DNA of 62,597 nt, the filler included, from Stramenopiles sp. TOSAG23-3 (lineage: Eukaryota), in NCBI GenBank assembly GCA_900128585.1. It is 23 parts of 23 records of this genome, joined end to end, with 100 filler letters (N's around TTAATTAATTAA, not from the genome) between each part and the next. Parts side by side here need not be neighbours in the genome. Positions count along the whole stretch, not along the records: positions 1 to 2,641 come from LT644675.1; positions 2,742 to 5,381 come from LT644676.1; positions 5,482 to 8,120 come from LT644677.1; positions 8,221 to 10,859 come from LT644678.1; positions 10,960 to 13,597 come from LT644679.1; 18 more parts are not named here. One strand, given 5' to 3'. Of this stretch, positions 1 through 10,961 are shown in pieces (position 1 is the stretch's first letter; the number at the start of each line of letters is the position of its first letter). Both the position numbers and the translations under genes were made by a program. The notes beneath the pieces were generated by a model. It saw only the letters and a list, made by a program, of their open reading frames with translations. It searched no databases and was not told the origin of the DNA.

Positions 1-658
1 ATTGGTTGAAGAAGAAAGAAGGAAGTAAGAAGAACAGACTTCTTTTGCTGCTGCTGTTGCAAGCTGTAGAACAAGCAACAACAAGACAATGGCAATATAA
101 TAAGAAGAAGCGGTAGGTATTAAAAAATAATACCAAAAATGGGAATCCATCCGGTGGAAGAAGAAGAAACCATTAATTTGATAAGCTCATAATAAGTCTA
201 TTTATAACTATCAGTTTCTAATGTCAAAATCCATAGTAGTATTTTATTTATAGAAGAGAGAAGAGGTGTTGTATTAATATAGCCAATTATGATTGTAGAA
301 AGAACAGAAGAAAGAAGAAAGAAAGAAGAAGAGTTTTCTTTCCGTTACGAATTACTAAGAACACAGCACCGCAATGCACAACAAAAAAGAAAAAAAAATA
401 CTCTGCTTCGTCAATGCTAATGCTGCTGCCTTATATTAGAAAGAAGAAGAAGAAATTATTATTATTTGTCGATCATCATCGGTCTTTTCTGCATTCAACT
501 GTCAACGTACGTTAGTTTCTAATGTACTGAGCGGATAGTGGAAAAACAATCAGGCGCATCTGCATAAAAGCAAGATGTTGACAAGAAAATGTGATTTCAA
601 GTAGCACGTTCCTTTTATTCCTAATCACTTCCATTCGTAAAAAGAAAAACAATTAGTA

Positions 659-1375
659 ATGGAATATTCATCCGATGAGGACGAGGACAAAGAATCATGC
701 CGGCACATGTTCGAGTCGATAGACGACGATAACTCGGGGCATATTTCCAAAGAAGAATTTATCGACGCAATTCACAACAACCCACTGGTTAAAAAGTATG
801 TTGCAGAGTCCAGAATGCTTCGGCGCTTGGTTGCGCGGAAGAATTTTGATGATGCATTCCGGAAAATGGACACCGACGATGGTGGAGAAGTGACGTTTAT
901 TGAATTTTGGAGGTTTATGCAAGCAGAAAACGACGAGAAAAACATTAGAAAACTCTTCAAAGCCATCGACAAAGATGGATCTAAACGAATAACGAAGGAA
1001 GAGTTGGTCTGGGCAGTGAAAAATAACCCAGAAGTACAGCATTTTGCTCACAATTCGCATATTTTGGGCCCGTTGATCGAGCAAGACGATTGGGAAGAAG
1101 CATTTTCCCTTATGGACAGGGATTCTGGAGGGGACGATGGGCACGGCGAAGTGGACATTCATGAATTTTTTAGATTTTGTAAAAGTATGGCCGTCAAGGC
1201 AGAGGTCGCCCGCCTTAAACAGTTAGGGGCTAAGAAGAAGGCCAAGGAGGATGCTAAGGGGATAAAGATGCGGCAGGATGCACTGCGAAGGTACTGCAGC
1301 CACAGGAGCACGGCTGGAATTGGGGGGACGTACACCATTAGCACGTGGCCGAGTTCTTATGGAGTGGGGCTTTAG
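659..1375 (+). CDS. EF-hand calcium-binding protein (4 EF-hands)
   Basis: Four loops: DDDNSGHISKEE, DTDDGGEVTFIE, DKDGSKRITKEE, DRDSGGDDGHGEVDIHE; ATG follows an AT-rich leader. Confidence 0.85.
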   Translation: MEYSSDEDEDKESCRHMFESIDDDNSGHISKEEFIDAIHNNPLVKKYVAESRMLRRLVARKNFDDAFRKMDTDDGGEVTFIEFWRFMQAENDEKNIRKLFKAIDKDGSKRITKEELVWAVKNNPEVQHFAHNSHILGPLIEQDDWEEAFSLMDRDSGGDDGHGEVDIHEFFRFCKSMAVKAEVARLKQLGAKKKAKEDAKGIKMRQDALRRYCSHRSTAGIGGTYTISTWPSSYGVGL

Positions 1376-1593
1376 AAGCAATTTCACTTCACACATTGTG
1401 TTAAAAAAGTAAGAACCTTTAGGAAAGTTCTTACCAGTATTGATACGTATGACATCTGGAGGTGTATTCATATTATATATATATTTTTGAAGGTTCAAAC
1501 ACTCTCTTAACCTACACTTCGTACATCTGTTACTCTTTATAATAAAGTACCCTTCTTTTCCCCACCCACATTTTGTTGGCACTACGATTCTTA

Positions 1594-2640
1594 TCACCTA
1601 CTAGCGCCTTCCAGCTGCGACATGCGCCGCGTGTTCTTGGCAGTTTGCTGGTGAAGTTCTAAGGCCGACATATCCCCGAGTTGCTCCAGCGATGCCCTTC
1701 GTGTCCTAACTTCTTTCTCTAGTTCTTTGGTCTCATTTTCAAATTTTTTCATGGACCGTCTCTTCTCTTTCAAATTGTCGGAGTCTACGGGCTCACTTTG
1801 CTGCATGACATCGTACTCTGCTTTGATCTTTTCTAGGTCAGCAACCAACTGGTTTTGTTGTTCTAACAATTTCCGAATGATAACTTCTTCCTGTACTCTT
1901 AGGGTGGCTTCTTTTGCTTTTAAATCGTCTTCTTTTTGCTGAAGTTCAGCTTGCCTTTTTTCTATAGTTTCTTTTTGGGATCGAAACTCCTCAGAAAATT
2001 CCGGGTGCTTGTTCTTAAGCTTCTGCCGTGCTTGAGACAAGTACTTCTTTGCAATATCCTCCACCGAAAGCTTCCCCGTCGGGTTAGCTTTAGTCACAAC
2101 CGATTTCCGAAGGGTGGTCCATGAGTCTCCTTTCTTTTTTGATTCTATCGTATTTTTCATCCGAAGCTCACTCTCCTTTTGCAGTCTTATTCGCATCTCT
2201 GCAAGCGACTCCTCCTTTGGCTCATCGGCAGCCCCATTGCTTTGTGTTGCGGGTGAGCTTGCTTTCGCCGCTGCTTCTTTCCTCCGTTTCTTTTCTGCCC
2301 TCTCTCTAGCCCTTGCCAAGGCCTGTTTTGCACGCTCACTGGCCCCCGAGCTTCTAGTAGTTTCCTTCCCCTCTGGTGTTGTTTTATCCGAACCTCCTGG
2401 AGAGCTGCTGCTGCTAGTATTTAGGCGCTGCATACTTCTCTCGAGCAGTTTATTGACCGAGTTGACTGCTGCCTCTTCATGCTGTGGGCTCTCAGCCTGA
2501 CTTGGGGTTTCTGGTACCGTCGACTGAGCCTGACCAGGAGTGTCTTGGACAACCCCAGACTCGGCATTGGTATTAGAAGATCCAGTAGTGGGCGGCGAGG
2601 AAGCAGCAGCACTGTTTTGATTTGTTGCCGGAGCCGCATA
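1594..2640 (-). CDS. Coiled-coil/low-complexity protein, 5' partial
   Basis: The 279-aa ORF frame stays open upstream to the contig edge; E/K/Q-rich heptads. Confidence 0.7.
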   Translation of the reverse strand, partial: YAAPATNQNSAAASSPPTTGSSNTNAESGVVQDTPGQAQSTVPETPSQAESPQHEEAAVNSVNKLLERSMQRLNTSSSSSPGGSDKTTPEGKETTRSSGASERAKQALARARERAEKKRRKEAAAKASSPATQSNGAADEPKEESLAEMRIRLQKESELRMKNTIESKKKGDSWTTLRKSVVTKANPTGKLSVEDIAKKYLSQARQKLKNKHPEFSEEFRSQKETIEKRQAELQQKEDDLKAKEATLRVQEEVIIRKLLEQQNQLVADLEKIKAEYDVMQQSEPVDSDNLKEKRRSMKKFENETKELEKEVRTRRASLEQLGDMSALELHQQTAKNTRRMSQLEGASR

Positions 2641-2642
2641 AN

Positions 2643-2741
2643 NNNNNNNNNNNNNNNNNNNNNNNNNNNNNNNNNNNNNNNNNNNTTAATTAATTAANNN
2701 NNNNNNNNNNNNNNNNNNNNNNNNNNNNNNNNNNNNNNNNN
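2643..2741. other. Artificial contig linker (N-run, TTAATTAATTAA, N-run); first of 22 spaced about every 2.7 kb
   Basis: Identical six-frame stop cassette at ~2643, 5382, 8121, 10861, 13598, 16334, 19070, 21805, 24539, 27271, 30002, 32732, 35462, 38186, 40909, 43626, 46340, 49052, 51764, 54475, 57184, 59893. Confidence 0.98.
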
Positions 2742-2945
2742 ACATGGGAACTTGTCGGGCTGTACGTCAAGAATAATGTAAGTCACGAAACGGCGATAAC
2801 AGAGAACACCCTCGTGCGGCACGATACCATGGCGTCTTGGAGGCCTTTGAAAATGCTGCCCCTATTGAAAGCGTTCGTCTCAAGAGAGATTCCAAGGGGG
2901 GCGCAGCTCACCCAGACCACGAAACAGATTACAATAAAACTGTAA
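2742..2945 (+). CDS. C-terminal fragment of a protein with a GYF_2-like domain (not in ORF track)
   Basis: Manual translation TWELVGLYVKNNVSHETAITENTLVRHDTMASWRPLKMLPLL...KL*; resembles the I..TLVW..GM..W.PL pattern. Confidence 0.5.
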   Translation, partial: TWELVGLYVKNNVSHETAITENTLVRHDTMASWRPLKMLPLLKAFVSREIPRGAQLTQTTKQITIKL

Positions 2946-3070
2946 GATAGCACGTGTATACATTTAATAAAATACGTATAGTAGAAGAAAGAACTTTCAA
3001 ATATTTTTCTTCGCATATTCTCTTATAAGAATTAATTATTATTTTCTTACTACTACGTACTAATTACCTA

Positions 3071-3099
3071 CCAAGTGCGTTCCAAGTGCGTACCAAGTG
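3071..3099 (+). repeat. Three tandem CCAAGTG(CGT) units upstream of GPI
   Basis: ccaagtgcgtt ccaagtgcgta ccaagtg. Confidence 0.6.
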
Positions 3100-3522
3100 T
3101 TATTTTGATCTAAAATAATAATAAAATAAAAGGCGCATCATCATTTTTTTTTGGAAGTACAGGTACACAGCATAGCGGTATTAATATTAAATATATTTTT
3201 TATTTTTTATTATTGGAATGTTTTTTTTTTTTTCCTTCAGTAGTAGTTATAATATATAGTTAGTGTAAATAATAAATAGTAAACTGAACGAGGAGGAGGC
3301 CTTTTGACCAGCCATTCATCACATCATTATATTATTATTTGTTCGTTTTCATCGATATTAAACTGAAAATTGTAAAGAGGGACTAGAAGAAGAAAGAAAG
3401 AAGGAAAGTAAGAAAGACAGATTAATCATAGATCCAAACCTTGTATGTGTCTTCACTATTAGATTAAATCAAGAAATAAAAAGCAAGAAACATAACTGTC
3501 AAACAGCAAACAAGCGAAGAAG

Positions 3523-5238
3523 ATGGCAAGTGGTGGAAAATGTTGGGAGTCTCAGGAGTGGCAAGCGTTGAAAGCCCATACTGAGGAAGTCCAGAAGTTG
3601 CACCTAAGGAACCTTATGCAAGACGCCGACCGTTGCAAAAAGTTGACCGCGAGCTTCGGAAAGGAAAAGGAGCATAGCATGTACCTGGACTACAGCCGGC
3701 AACAGGTCACCGACGAAACCATGGGGTTGCTGTTCAAGCTGGCCAAGTCCCAAAACCTGACGCAAAAAATCCAGGACATGGCGAACGGTGTCCACTTGAA
3801 CTCTACAGAGGACCGCGCAGTAATGCACATGGCACTTCGGGCTCCTGCTGGGGCAACATTTGAAGTGGATGGAGAGAACGTCGTTCCAAAAGTACAAAGT
3901 GTTTTAGATCGGATCGAATCCTTCGCAAACAAGGTCAGGGGCGGGCAGTTGCTCGGGGTGACCGGGAAGCCTTTGACCGACGTCGTCTCGATCGGGATAG
4001 GAGGCAGTTACCTGGGGCCTGAGTTTTTGGCAGAGGCGTTGAAGACGGATAGTGTTGCCTCCAAGGCTAGTGCAGGTCGAAGGCTGCGCTTTTTGGCAAA
4101 CGTGGACCCGGTCGACGTCAAGAGGGCCACTGCTGGTTTGAACCCAGAAACTACGCTAGTAATTGTGTGCTCCAAAACGTTCACCACTGCTGAAACCATG
4201 CTGAACGCCCGGACCGTACGGGCTTGGTTGGTCGATGGGCTGAAGGGCGCGGCTGGTGCCACTCCCCAACAAATCTCCTCGCAACACATTGTTGCTTGCA
4301 GCGCCAACGTTAAGCTTGCGGGAGAGTTTGGCATTCTAGAGGAGAATGTATTTGGCTTTTGGGATTGGGTTGGTGGGCGCTACAGCGTCTGTAGCGCCAT
4401 CGGCATGCTGCCCATTTCCGTCCAGTACGGCCCGGCGGTTGCAAAGTCATTCCTGTTCGGGGCGGCAGAAATGGACGGCCACTTTGTGAGCGCGCCCCTG
4501 GAGGAAAATCTCCCGGTCATCATGGGGCTGACCAGCGTCTGGAACAGTTCATTTCTCAACTACTCTGCTCGCGCCCTGCTGCCATATTCTCAAGCGCTCC
4601 TTCGCTTTGCTGCCCACATCCAGCAGGTAGACATGGAAAGCACCGGAAAGCGCGTGACCTTGGACGGGACCGTGGCCCCAATCCAATTCGGTGAAATTAA
4701 CTTTGGGGAGCCCGGCACAAACGGGCAGCACTCTTTTTACCAACTGATCCACCAAGGGCGAGTGATCCCTTGCGATTTTATCGGTTGCTGCAAGAGCCAA
4801 CAGCCCGTGGACAGGACCACTGACGCTGCAAACCCAGAGGTTGTGTCCAACCATGACGAGCTCATGTCGAACTTCTTTGCCCAACCCGATGCGCTGGCGT
4901 GCGGGCGAACTGTGGAAGAGCTGAAAGCGGAAAATGTTCCGGAGCGGTTGTGGGCACACAAAGAATTTCCCGGCAATCGTCCCTCCTTGTCGCTACTGCT
5001 AACTAGCCTTGACGCTTACGCGCTCGGTCAGCTGCTCTCTTTGTACGAGCACAGAACGGCGGTGCAAGGGTTTGTTTGGGGCATCAACAGCTTTGACCAG
5101 TGGGGTGTTGAATTAGGTAAAGTGCTGGCTAAGAAAGTTAGGAGTTCGCTTTCAAAGAAACGCAAACGCGAGGGCGAATTCGATGGTTTCAATTCCAGCA
5201 CCCGGGCGCTGCTCGAGAAGTACATCGGTAGTGATTGA
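3523..5238 (+). CDS. GPI: Glucose-6-phosphate isomerase
   Basis: [54 protein letters not shown] motifs; complete 571 aa. Confidence 0.97.
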   Translation: MASGGKCWESQEWQALKAHTEEVQKLHLRNLMQDADRCKKLTASFGKEKEHSMYLDYSRQQVTDETMGLLFKLAKSQNLTQKIQDMANGVHLNSTEDRAVMHMALRAPAGATFEVDGENVVPKVQSVLDRIESFANKVRGGQLLGVTGKPLTDVVSIGIGGSYLGPEFLAEALKTDSVASKASAGRRLRFLANVDPVDVKRATAGLNPETTLVIVCSKTFTTAETMLNARTVRAWLVDGLKGAAGATPQQISSQHIVACSANVKLAGEFGILEENVFGFWDWVGGRYSVCSAIGMLPISVQYGPAVAKSFLFGAAEMDGHFVSAPLEENLPVIMGLTSVWNSSFLNYSARALLPYSQALLRFAAHIQQVDMESTGKRVTLDGTVAPIQFGEINFGEPGTNGQHSFYQLIHQGRVIPCDFIGCCKSQQPVDRTTDAANPEVVSNHDELMSNFFAQPDALACGRTVEELKAENVPERLWAHKEFPGNRPSLSLLLTSLDAYALGQLLSLYEHRTAVQGFVWGINSFDQWGVELGKVLAKKVRSSLSKKRKREGEFDGFNSSTRALLEKYIGSD

Positions 5239-5483
5239 AAGCACCACATCAGGAGAGACAAGGAGGATGGGGCTGCTGCTCTTCTCACCCCATACAGAAA
5301 ATGGGTGTGTGCAATATGCGTGTACGTACGAAGTATAAGTTTACAAATTTATTTTAACATTTTTTCTACGATCAAACTGGCNNNNNNNNNNNNNNNNNNN
5401 NNNNNNNNNNNNNNNNNNNNNNNNNTTAATTAATTAANNNNNNNNNNNNNNNNNNNNNNNNNNNNNNNNNNNNNNNNNNNNGT

Positions 5484-6506
5484 GATAATACTGAAGCTGT
5501 GATTGTGAAAGGAACAACCAATGTATTGGCATTTCATGTCGATGTAGGAGATGCAACGTTTGATGAGGACGTGACTATTGGTGGTGTGTTGACAATGACA
5601 GGAAGCTCAATTTCTATTACTGACAACCAGGCAGATTCGGTTGAAATTGGAAGCACAGGTCGCACGGATTTGTTAACTTTAAAAACAACCGATGACCAGG
5701 AGGCTGTGATAATAAAGGGTAAAACCAATGTATTGGCATTTCATGTCGATCTAGGCGATGCAACGTTTGATGAAGACGTGTCTATTGAGGGTGACACGAC
5801 GCTTGGAAATGGAGCAACTGATTCCGTACTTTTCAATGGCATAACGAAGTTGACTGCGATCGCTAAAACGGGGACTACTGTTACGATTACCCCAGGGTCG
5901 GAAGGTGGCTCTTATTATACTCTGGGAGCTGAAGGAGGCTCTATTGCTCTGACGTTAGCCACCACTTCTGCTGTGGATGGGCAGTTGGTTTACGTGTACA
6001 ATGGAGATGATGCGGCTACTACAAACGTTGTTATTCCCCCAGTATCAGTGGCTATGTTTATATACCAAGGAGGGTGGAGAAGGGTCGAGGACAAACAGAT
6101 ATCTCGCCGCCGTCGCCTCCTTTCCGAAGAAATAGACAATGCCGAAAAGGCGCCTACCCAAGCGGCGAGGATCGAACAGCAAAATGCTGGTTTCGCCGAG
6201 GTACTAGCTCGCTTGGAGAAGAAGATCGAGTCGCAAGAGGCCCGATTGGACAAACAAGAACAGGAAGCCCGATTACAAGAGGCCCGATTGGAGGCCCGAT
6301 TGGAAAGCCAAGAACAGGAAGGGAAGAGGCTAACGAGGCTATTGTTTGCGTGTATAATCCTTTTCTTCTGCATGTTTCTAGTTGTAATCGTTTTGGGATT
6401 GAAACTGTCGCGAAAGGATCGGGTCAGACATGAGGAGAAGCCATACACCGTTTCCGAAACTCTACCTTCCATCGCGAAAACGCTAAAAAATCCCGTGCGA
6501 GCATAA
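5484..6506 (+). CDS. Type I membrane protein with beta-rich repeats, RRRRLL motif, coiled coil and C-terminal TM; 5' partial
   Basis: Two copies of EAVIxKGxTNVLAFHVDxGDATFDEDV; QEARL heptads; TM LLFACIILFFCMFLVVIVLGL. Confidence 0.75.
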   Translation, partial: DNTEAVIVKGTTNVLAFHVDVGDATFDEDVTIGGVLTMTGSSISITDNQADSVEIGSTGRTDLLTLKTTDDQEAVIIKGKTNVLAFHVDLGDATFDEDVSIEGDTTLGNGATDSVLFNGITKLTAIAKTGTTVTITPGSEGGSYYTLGAEGGSIALTLATTSAVDGQLVYVYNGDDAATTNVVIPPVSVAMFIYQGGWRRVEDKQISRRRRLLSEEIDNAEKAPTQAARIEQQNAGFAEVLARLEKKIESQEARLDKQEQEARLQEARLEARLESQEQEGKRLTRLLFACIILFFCMFLVVIVLGLKLSRKDRVRHEEKPYTVSETLPSIAKTLKNPVRA

Positions 6507-6641
6507 AGTGTTCGTTACGAGAACAACATAAATTAAAAGAGTAAATTAAAAAAAATAACAATTTTTAGAATTAACATAAAAAATAGCGTAATTATACAAT
6601 AACGGAGGGTTCCCATGTATTGCTTCTCATCTCTCCTAAAT

Positions 6642-6965
6642 CTATAAATTCTTTGCTTGGATTTCTAGCCTTTTCCGGCGGGCGGCTGTGGTGTGTAGTA
6701 AAGGAAAAATGTGGAGGTTAGTTCTTCAGTTGTGGAAGAGTTGGGAGTGAAATAAAAATGAGATAAACGTACCTTCTTTCGATTCCCTGACTTCGCTCGG
6801 CATTTCGCTGTCTAACATACCATGCCCCGCCTTCTTTTTCCCACCCATGAGTTTCGGCAAGCAAACCACCGTCATCACTATCGACGCTGCAAGAAACCCC
6901 CGAGTGTTTGCGTTCCCAGGCAACTTCGCCACCCAGCCCCACCCTCGTGGTAGGTGGCTGCTCAT
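6642..6965 (-). CDS. Two-exon 78-aa single-TM microprotein (exons 6965-6773 and 6685-6642)
   Basis: 87-nt intron 6772-6686 with GTACGT donor, ACTAAC branch site, pyrimidine tract and CAG acceptor; splicing gives ...RESKEAARRKRLEIQAKNL*. Confidence 0.75.
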
Positions 6966-7491
6966 TGGAATTGTATAAGGACTGTAATAAAAGAGATGTA
7001 GAAAAACAAATGAAGTTGCCTTTCAGTACTTCCAAATTAGAAAACGACCCAAATTAAATTGTAATATTAAATACAACTGTGTCTAGTTGTTTTATTCAAC
7101 CTAGTCACAAATCTTTTTACATTGGAATGTGTTGATATTTTATGCAATAAAAAAATGTCTTCTTCGTTCTTCTTTTCTTCTTCTTCTTCTTTTTTCTTTT
7201 CTTCCTTCTTCTTTTTTTCTTCTATTTTTTTGTGGGGGCGTGTTGGATGGGTGGGTGCTGGGTGCCAACGAAAGCACGAAGGAGGGAGGACTATTACAAT
7301 ACAATATTTATATACATGTATAATTGTATTTGATAGGTATATATTTTATCGTCTTCGAAGAACATTGCCGAAGAAGAAGAGAAGAAGAAAGGAACAACTT
7401 CGAACACATAAAAAAAGCAAGAAAAGTAAGTAAAATGAAGAAAAAAATAAATTGAAAGAATATATATATACATATAATACCTCTTATTTGT

Positions 7492-7905
7492 TTATTCAAA
7501 ATCACTAGTTCGTCCATTTTTCATCCAATCACCATACCTAGTTGGCTCTGGGCCACGTGGTCCTCCCCATTCCCCAGTTTCCTCATTCAACATGTCTACG
7601 TAACCATCCCAGTCGTCCTCTTCTTCCCCTTCCTCCTCGTTGTCCAACCCCAATTCGTCGTCGTTTGCTTTTCCAAGTCCTTCTAATTGCCCTATTACTT
7701 TATCTACTGATTCTTTTTTCGATGGATCTTCGTGCAACATGTACTTCGTGCGGACAAAAACAGACATTAACCGTTGGGATCTAGTACCTGCACACGGGTT
7801 TATCCCAATATTTGCACCATAATACTTCATATTCCCAACAGCCGCAACACGCAACTTTGGACTCAACGCCTGCTTTGCACGAGCCAAATACCTAGAAACG
7901 ATCAT
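7492..7905 (-). CDS. SDHAF4: Succinate dehydrogenase assembly factor 4 (DUF1674)
   Basis: C-terminal [26 protein letters not shown] signature; basic N-terminus resembling a mitochondrial presequence. Confidence 0.9.
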   Translation of the reverse strand: MIVSRYLARAKQALSPKLRVAAVGNMKYYGANIGINPCAGTRSQRLMSVFVRTKYMLHEDPSKKESVDKVIGQLEGLGKANDDELGLDNEEEGEEEDDWDGYVDMLNEETGEWGGPRGPEPTRYGDWMKNGRTSDFE

Positions 7906-8220
7906 GGCAGGAAATAAAAAGAAACGAGAGAAAACGGAGAAGAAGAAAAGAGTACAAAGAGAGGTAAGTTTAATCTATTTTTTGTAAACGTAGATCATCA
8001 ATGTATTACTTCCATGTCTTCTCTCTCTCTCTCTCTCTATTAACACTCGTAATAATAGTTGCCATGCGTTCTTTTCTTCGTTCGTTGTCATTTTTTGTTG
8101 TTGTTGTGTGTTGGGGGGGGNNNNNNNNNNNNNNNNNNNNNNNNNNNNNNNNNNNNNNNNNNNNTTAATTAATTAANNNNNNNNNNNNNNNNNNNNNNNN
8201 NNNNNNNNNNNNNNNNNNNN

Positions 8221-10383
8221 CTGCCTGCACCGCACTCCCTCCGTGGAAATACAATGAGCCAGTTTGCGGTGGAAAGCATGCCGAACCCGTTTCAACAGCG
8301 GTTGTCCTCTCCAGCATCGGGACCACTGGACATAGTCTTGCTAGCTTTTCGGGAGAATATTTCCTATGATATGGTAACAGGTGCCGTGCACTCGCTGGCC
8401 ATAAAGCGGTACAATGAGGCGCGTGAGCTGTCGGACAGTGGGGCGTTTAATCCCGGGACTCTTGCACCGTTGTTACAGCGCGACTTGTACGATATTTTGC
8501 TGGGAGGCTTCCACGCTGTTCGTGTTGGCGCAAAGACTGCCCACCAGTACACTTTCCTTGTCATGTGCGTACTCATGGCGTCTACTTGGAAGCATAGATC
8601 GCTGCAGCGAATGCCTGCTCCAGCTTGGAAAAGCGTTCGCTCACTTTTGTCCGTAATTAAGAACTGTCTGGTGGATATCATCTCCCCATCAAAAGGGGTT
8701 CGCAGCGACAGTTCCCCTCCTCGTCTCACCAAGGCCACAACACAACGGTTGGATTTCTCCATCGTAGTCCTCCATTTTTCGGCGTTGGACCGGGCCTTAC
8801 GAAATGTGTTGTTCAAGGTTTGGCCGCATGCGCCGCTGTTGCCCACATTGAAATCGCTCGAGCTCATCAAGAATACATTTTCCGTACAGGGCGTGCGATG
8901 CCAGTGGCTGCTGCTGTCGGCCCTGACGAAGAGTCTCAGCGAAGGGACCATTGGTGCCACCGCCACAGTTTTGCCCATGCTCGAATCAAAATTGTACGAG
9001 CAGTATTGGCGCTCAGTGTTCAAAAAGGCCCTCTACAACGGGGCTTTGTATGTCTATGACGGGATCCCCATGATGGCAAAACGAGTGCAGAACATCGCAA
9101 CCATAATGTTGATCGAGTCCGCCATTTACCGAACGTCCGCTACCCATTTTAGCGATGTGGTCGATTTGGTTGGGCTGAATTTTGAGAATGAGATTCTGAA
9201 GGAGGGAGACCCGCGAAAAGACTTGAGCGGCTGGGGACAATCATCTAACATTCGAAAGCCCATTTCCAACAATGGAAAGACGTTACTGAAAACAGCATCC
9301 AAGTGGGTCCGTGCTTGGGGTAACGACATGCTGTTTGGGGCCCCACTGAAAAAGTGCGAGCAGCTGGTTGTCCTTTTCGAAATGCTAAAACACAGACGCT
9401 GGCATGCTGCTTCGGAGTATTGCGAAAGCAGCTCTGAGCAGGACTGCGGTGAAAGGGCGCATCTTGCGTCAGTCTTGGAAATCGCGAAGCGAGATTACAC
9501 AGTAAAGCAACTGCAGGCAAAGCACGGGGTGGGTGTTCCAGATGACCTCGTGCCACTTTTGAAGGACGCGACGTTGGCTGATGTGGAAGCGTGGAAGAAA
9601 AATGCGGCCAATTTCTCCCTTGCTCCCACGCTGAAGGAGGAAAACATTGTGTGGGTCGATACCGTAGCGCTGGCCGAGGAAATGGTAAACGAGCTCAAGG
9701 GTGCCAACGTCGTGGGCATAGATTTGGAGTGGCGAGACCCCGCCCCTGTTTCCTTGCTGCAGATCGCAACAATAACAAAAGCTTACCTGATTGATGCCAG
9801 CAGAGCATCCATGGAAGATCACCGCGCGTTCCACTCGGTGCTGGCCACAACGCTGGAGGAGTTGCTGGTGTCCACAGAGATCGTAAAATGTGCCTTTGGG
9901 GCAAAAGTCGATTTTAGGAGGCTGGCCGTTGCCTTCCCTTCACTAACATACGTGGTGGGGGACACTGGACCAACCAGGAAACCGGGTTTGATGCAGTCTT
10001 TGGTCGATTTTTCCCTCCCCCCGGATGGAACGCCAGGCCCGATCCAAGTGCTAATACCTGAAAAGTGCGAGGAGTACCGAAAACAGTACAAAGAGTACAC
10101 AGGGATGGAAGAGGGAAGGGAAGCGCAGGCAGGGGCAGGGGCAGGGGAATCCGAGGTGTCCGCAAGGCGTTGTGGGCGACGGAAACGTACGAAAAAGAAA
10201 GCCCCAGTGTGGCACTTGTCGCTCACCAGGCTGTGCAAGGAAGTTTTTGGGCTAGGATTGGACAAAACAGAGCAGTGCTCGAACTGGGAGCGCCGGCCGC
10301 TGAACCATCGACAAGTAGTGTACGCTGCGAACGATGCCCATGTTCTGGTGAGGCTGTACGCAAAGTACCTGGAGGCATTGTAA
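8221..10383 (+). CDS. DEDDy 3'-5' exonuclease (EXD3/mut-7-like), possibly 5' partial
   Basis: VGIDLEW (ExoI), SLLQIAT, DKTEQCSNWERRPL, YAANDA (ExoIII); frame open to the contig edge. Confidence 0.85.
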   Translation: MPAPHSLRGNTMSQFAVESMPNPFQQRLSSPASGPLDIVLLAFRENISYDMVTGAVHSLAIKRYNEARELSDSGAFNPGTLAPLLQRDLYDILLGGFHAVRVGAKTAHQYTFLVMCVLMASTWKHRSLQRMPAPAWKSVRSLLSVIKNCLVDIISPSKGVRSDSSPPRLTKATTQRLDFSIVVLHFSALDRALRNVLFKVWPHAPLLPTLKSLELIKNTFSVQGVRCQWLLLSALTKSLSEGTIGATATVLPMLESKLYEQYWRSVFKKALYNGALYVYDGIPMMAKRVQNIATIMLIESAIYRTSATHFSDVVDLVGLNFENEILKEGDPRKDLSGWGQSSNIRKPISNNGKTLLKTASKWVRAWGNDMLFGAPLKKCEQLVVLFEMLKHRRWHAASEYCESSSEQDCGERAHLASVLEIAKRDYTVKQLQAKHGVGVPDDLVPLLKDATLADVEAWKKNAANFSLAPTLKEENIVWVDTVALAEEMVNELKGANVVGIDLEWRDPAPVSLLQIATITKAYLIDASRASMEDHRAFHSVLATTLEELLVSTEIVKCAFGAKVDFRRLAVAFPSLTYVVGDTGPTRKPGLMQSLVDFSLPPDGTPGPIQVLIPEKCEEYRKQYKEYTGMEEGREAQAGAGAGESEVSARRCGRRKRTKKKAPVWHLSLTRLCKEVFGLGLDKTEQCSNWERRPLNHRQVVYAANDAHVLVRLYAKYLEAL

Positions 10384-10449
10384 AGTTTGTGTTTATTTTA
10401 ATTTATTATTATTATAATAGAAGGGATAAAACTGAATTTAACAATATTC

Positions 10450-10655
10450 TTACTTTGTACTATTAAGTTTGAAATTGTACTGGTTTCCATTGTTGTGTTT
10501 CCACACTCCTCTCAACGACTGGAACCCTTCAGCACCAATGCCGTTATTCGACAAATTAATCCGTTGTCAACGAAGTATTCACTTTCAACGCCTCTGCAAC
10601 ATATTTTGCCCCTTCAACACCAATGCTGTTTTAATACAGATAAATATTTGTCTAA
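10450..10655 (-). pseudogene. Decayed ribonuclease-inhibitor-type LRR fragment
   Basis: Manual translation TNIYLY*NSIGVEGAKYVAEALKVNTSLTT, +1 frameshift, then INLSNNGIGAEGFQSLRGVW... Confidence 0.75.
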
Positions 10656-10961
10656 AACATACTATATAATTTGTTTTTTTTAAAAAATATTTGTCAACGA
10701 ATTTATTTTTTATCATACGAGCTAATTATAAATTTGTTTGTGTTCTTAGCTTTTTTTACACAAGGGTCATGACTGGGTCTTGATTTCCGATAAACGGCGC
10801 TCGTTTGCGGTGTGTATGTCTTCGTCCATGGGCTTTAACTGAAACGTCCCGCTCTCCCANNNNNNNNNNNNNNNNNNNNNNNNNNNNNNNNNNNNNNNNN
10901 NNNTTAATTAATTAANNNNNNNNNNNNNNNNNNNNNNNNNNNNNNNNNNNNNNNNNNNNCC

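Noticed and set aside
2686-2697. Regularly spaced TTAATTAATTAA palindrome as a biological repeat or CRISPR-like array
   Set aside because: Always embedded in N-runs; it is a six-frame stop linker added during concatenation.
7122-7517. Short F/S/K-rich ORFs (also 24587-24841, 28374-28652, 35628-35840, 44067-44315, 54657-54881)
   Set aside because: Translations of microsatellite or AT-rich intergenic DNA.
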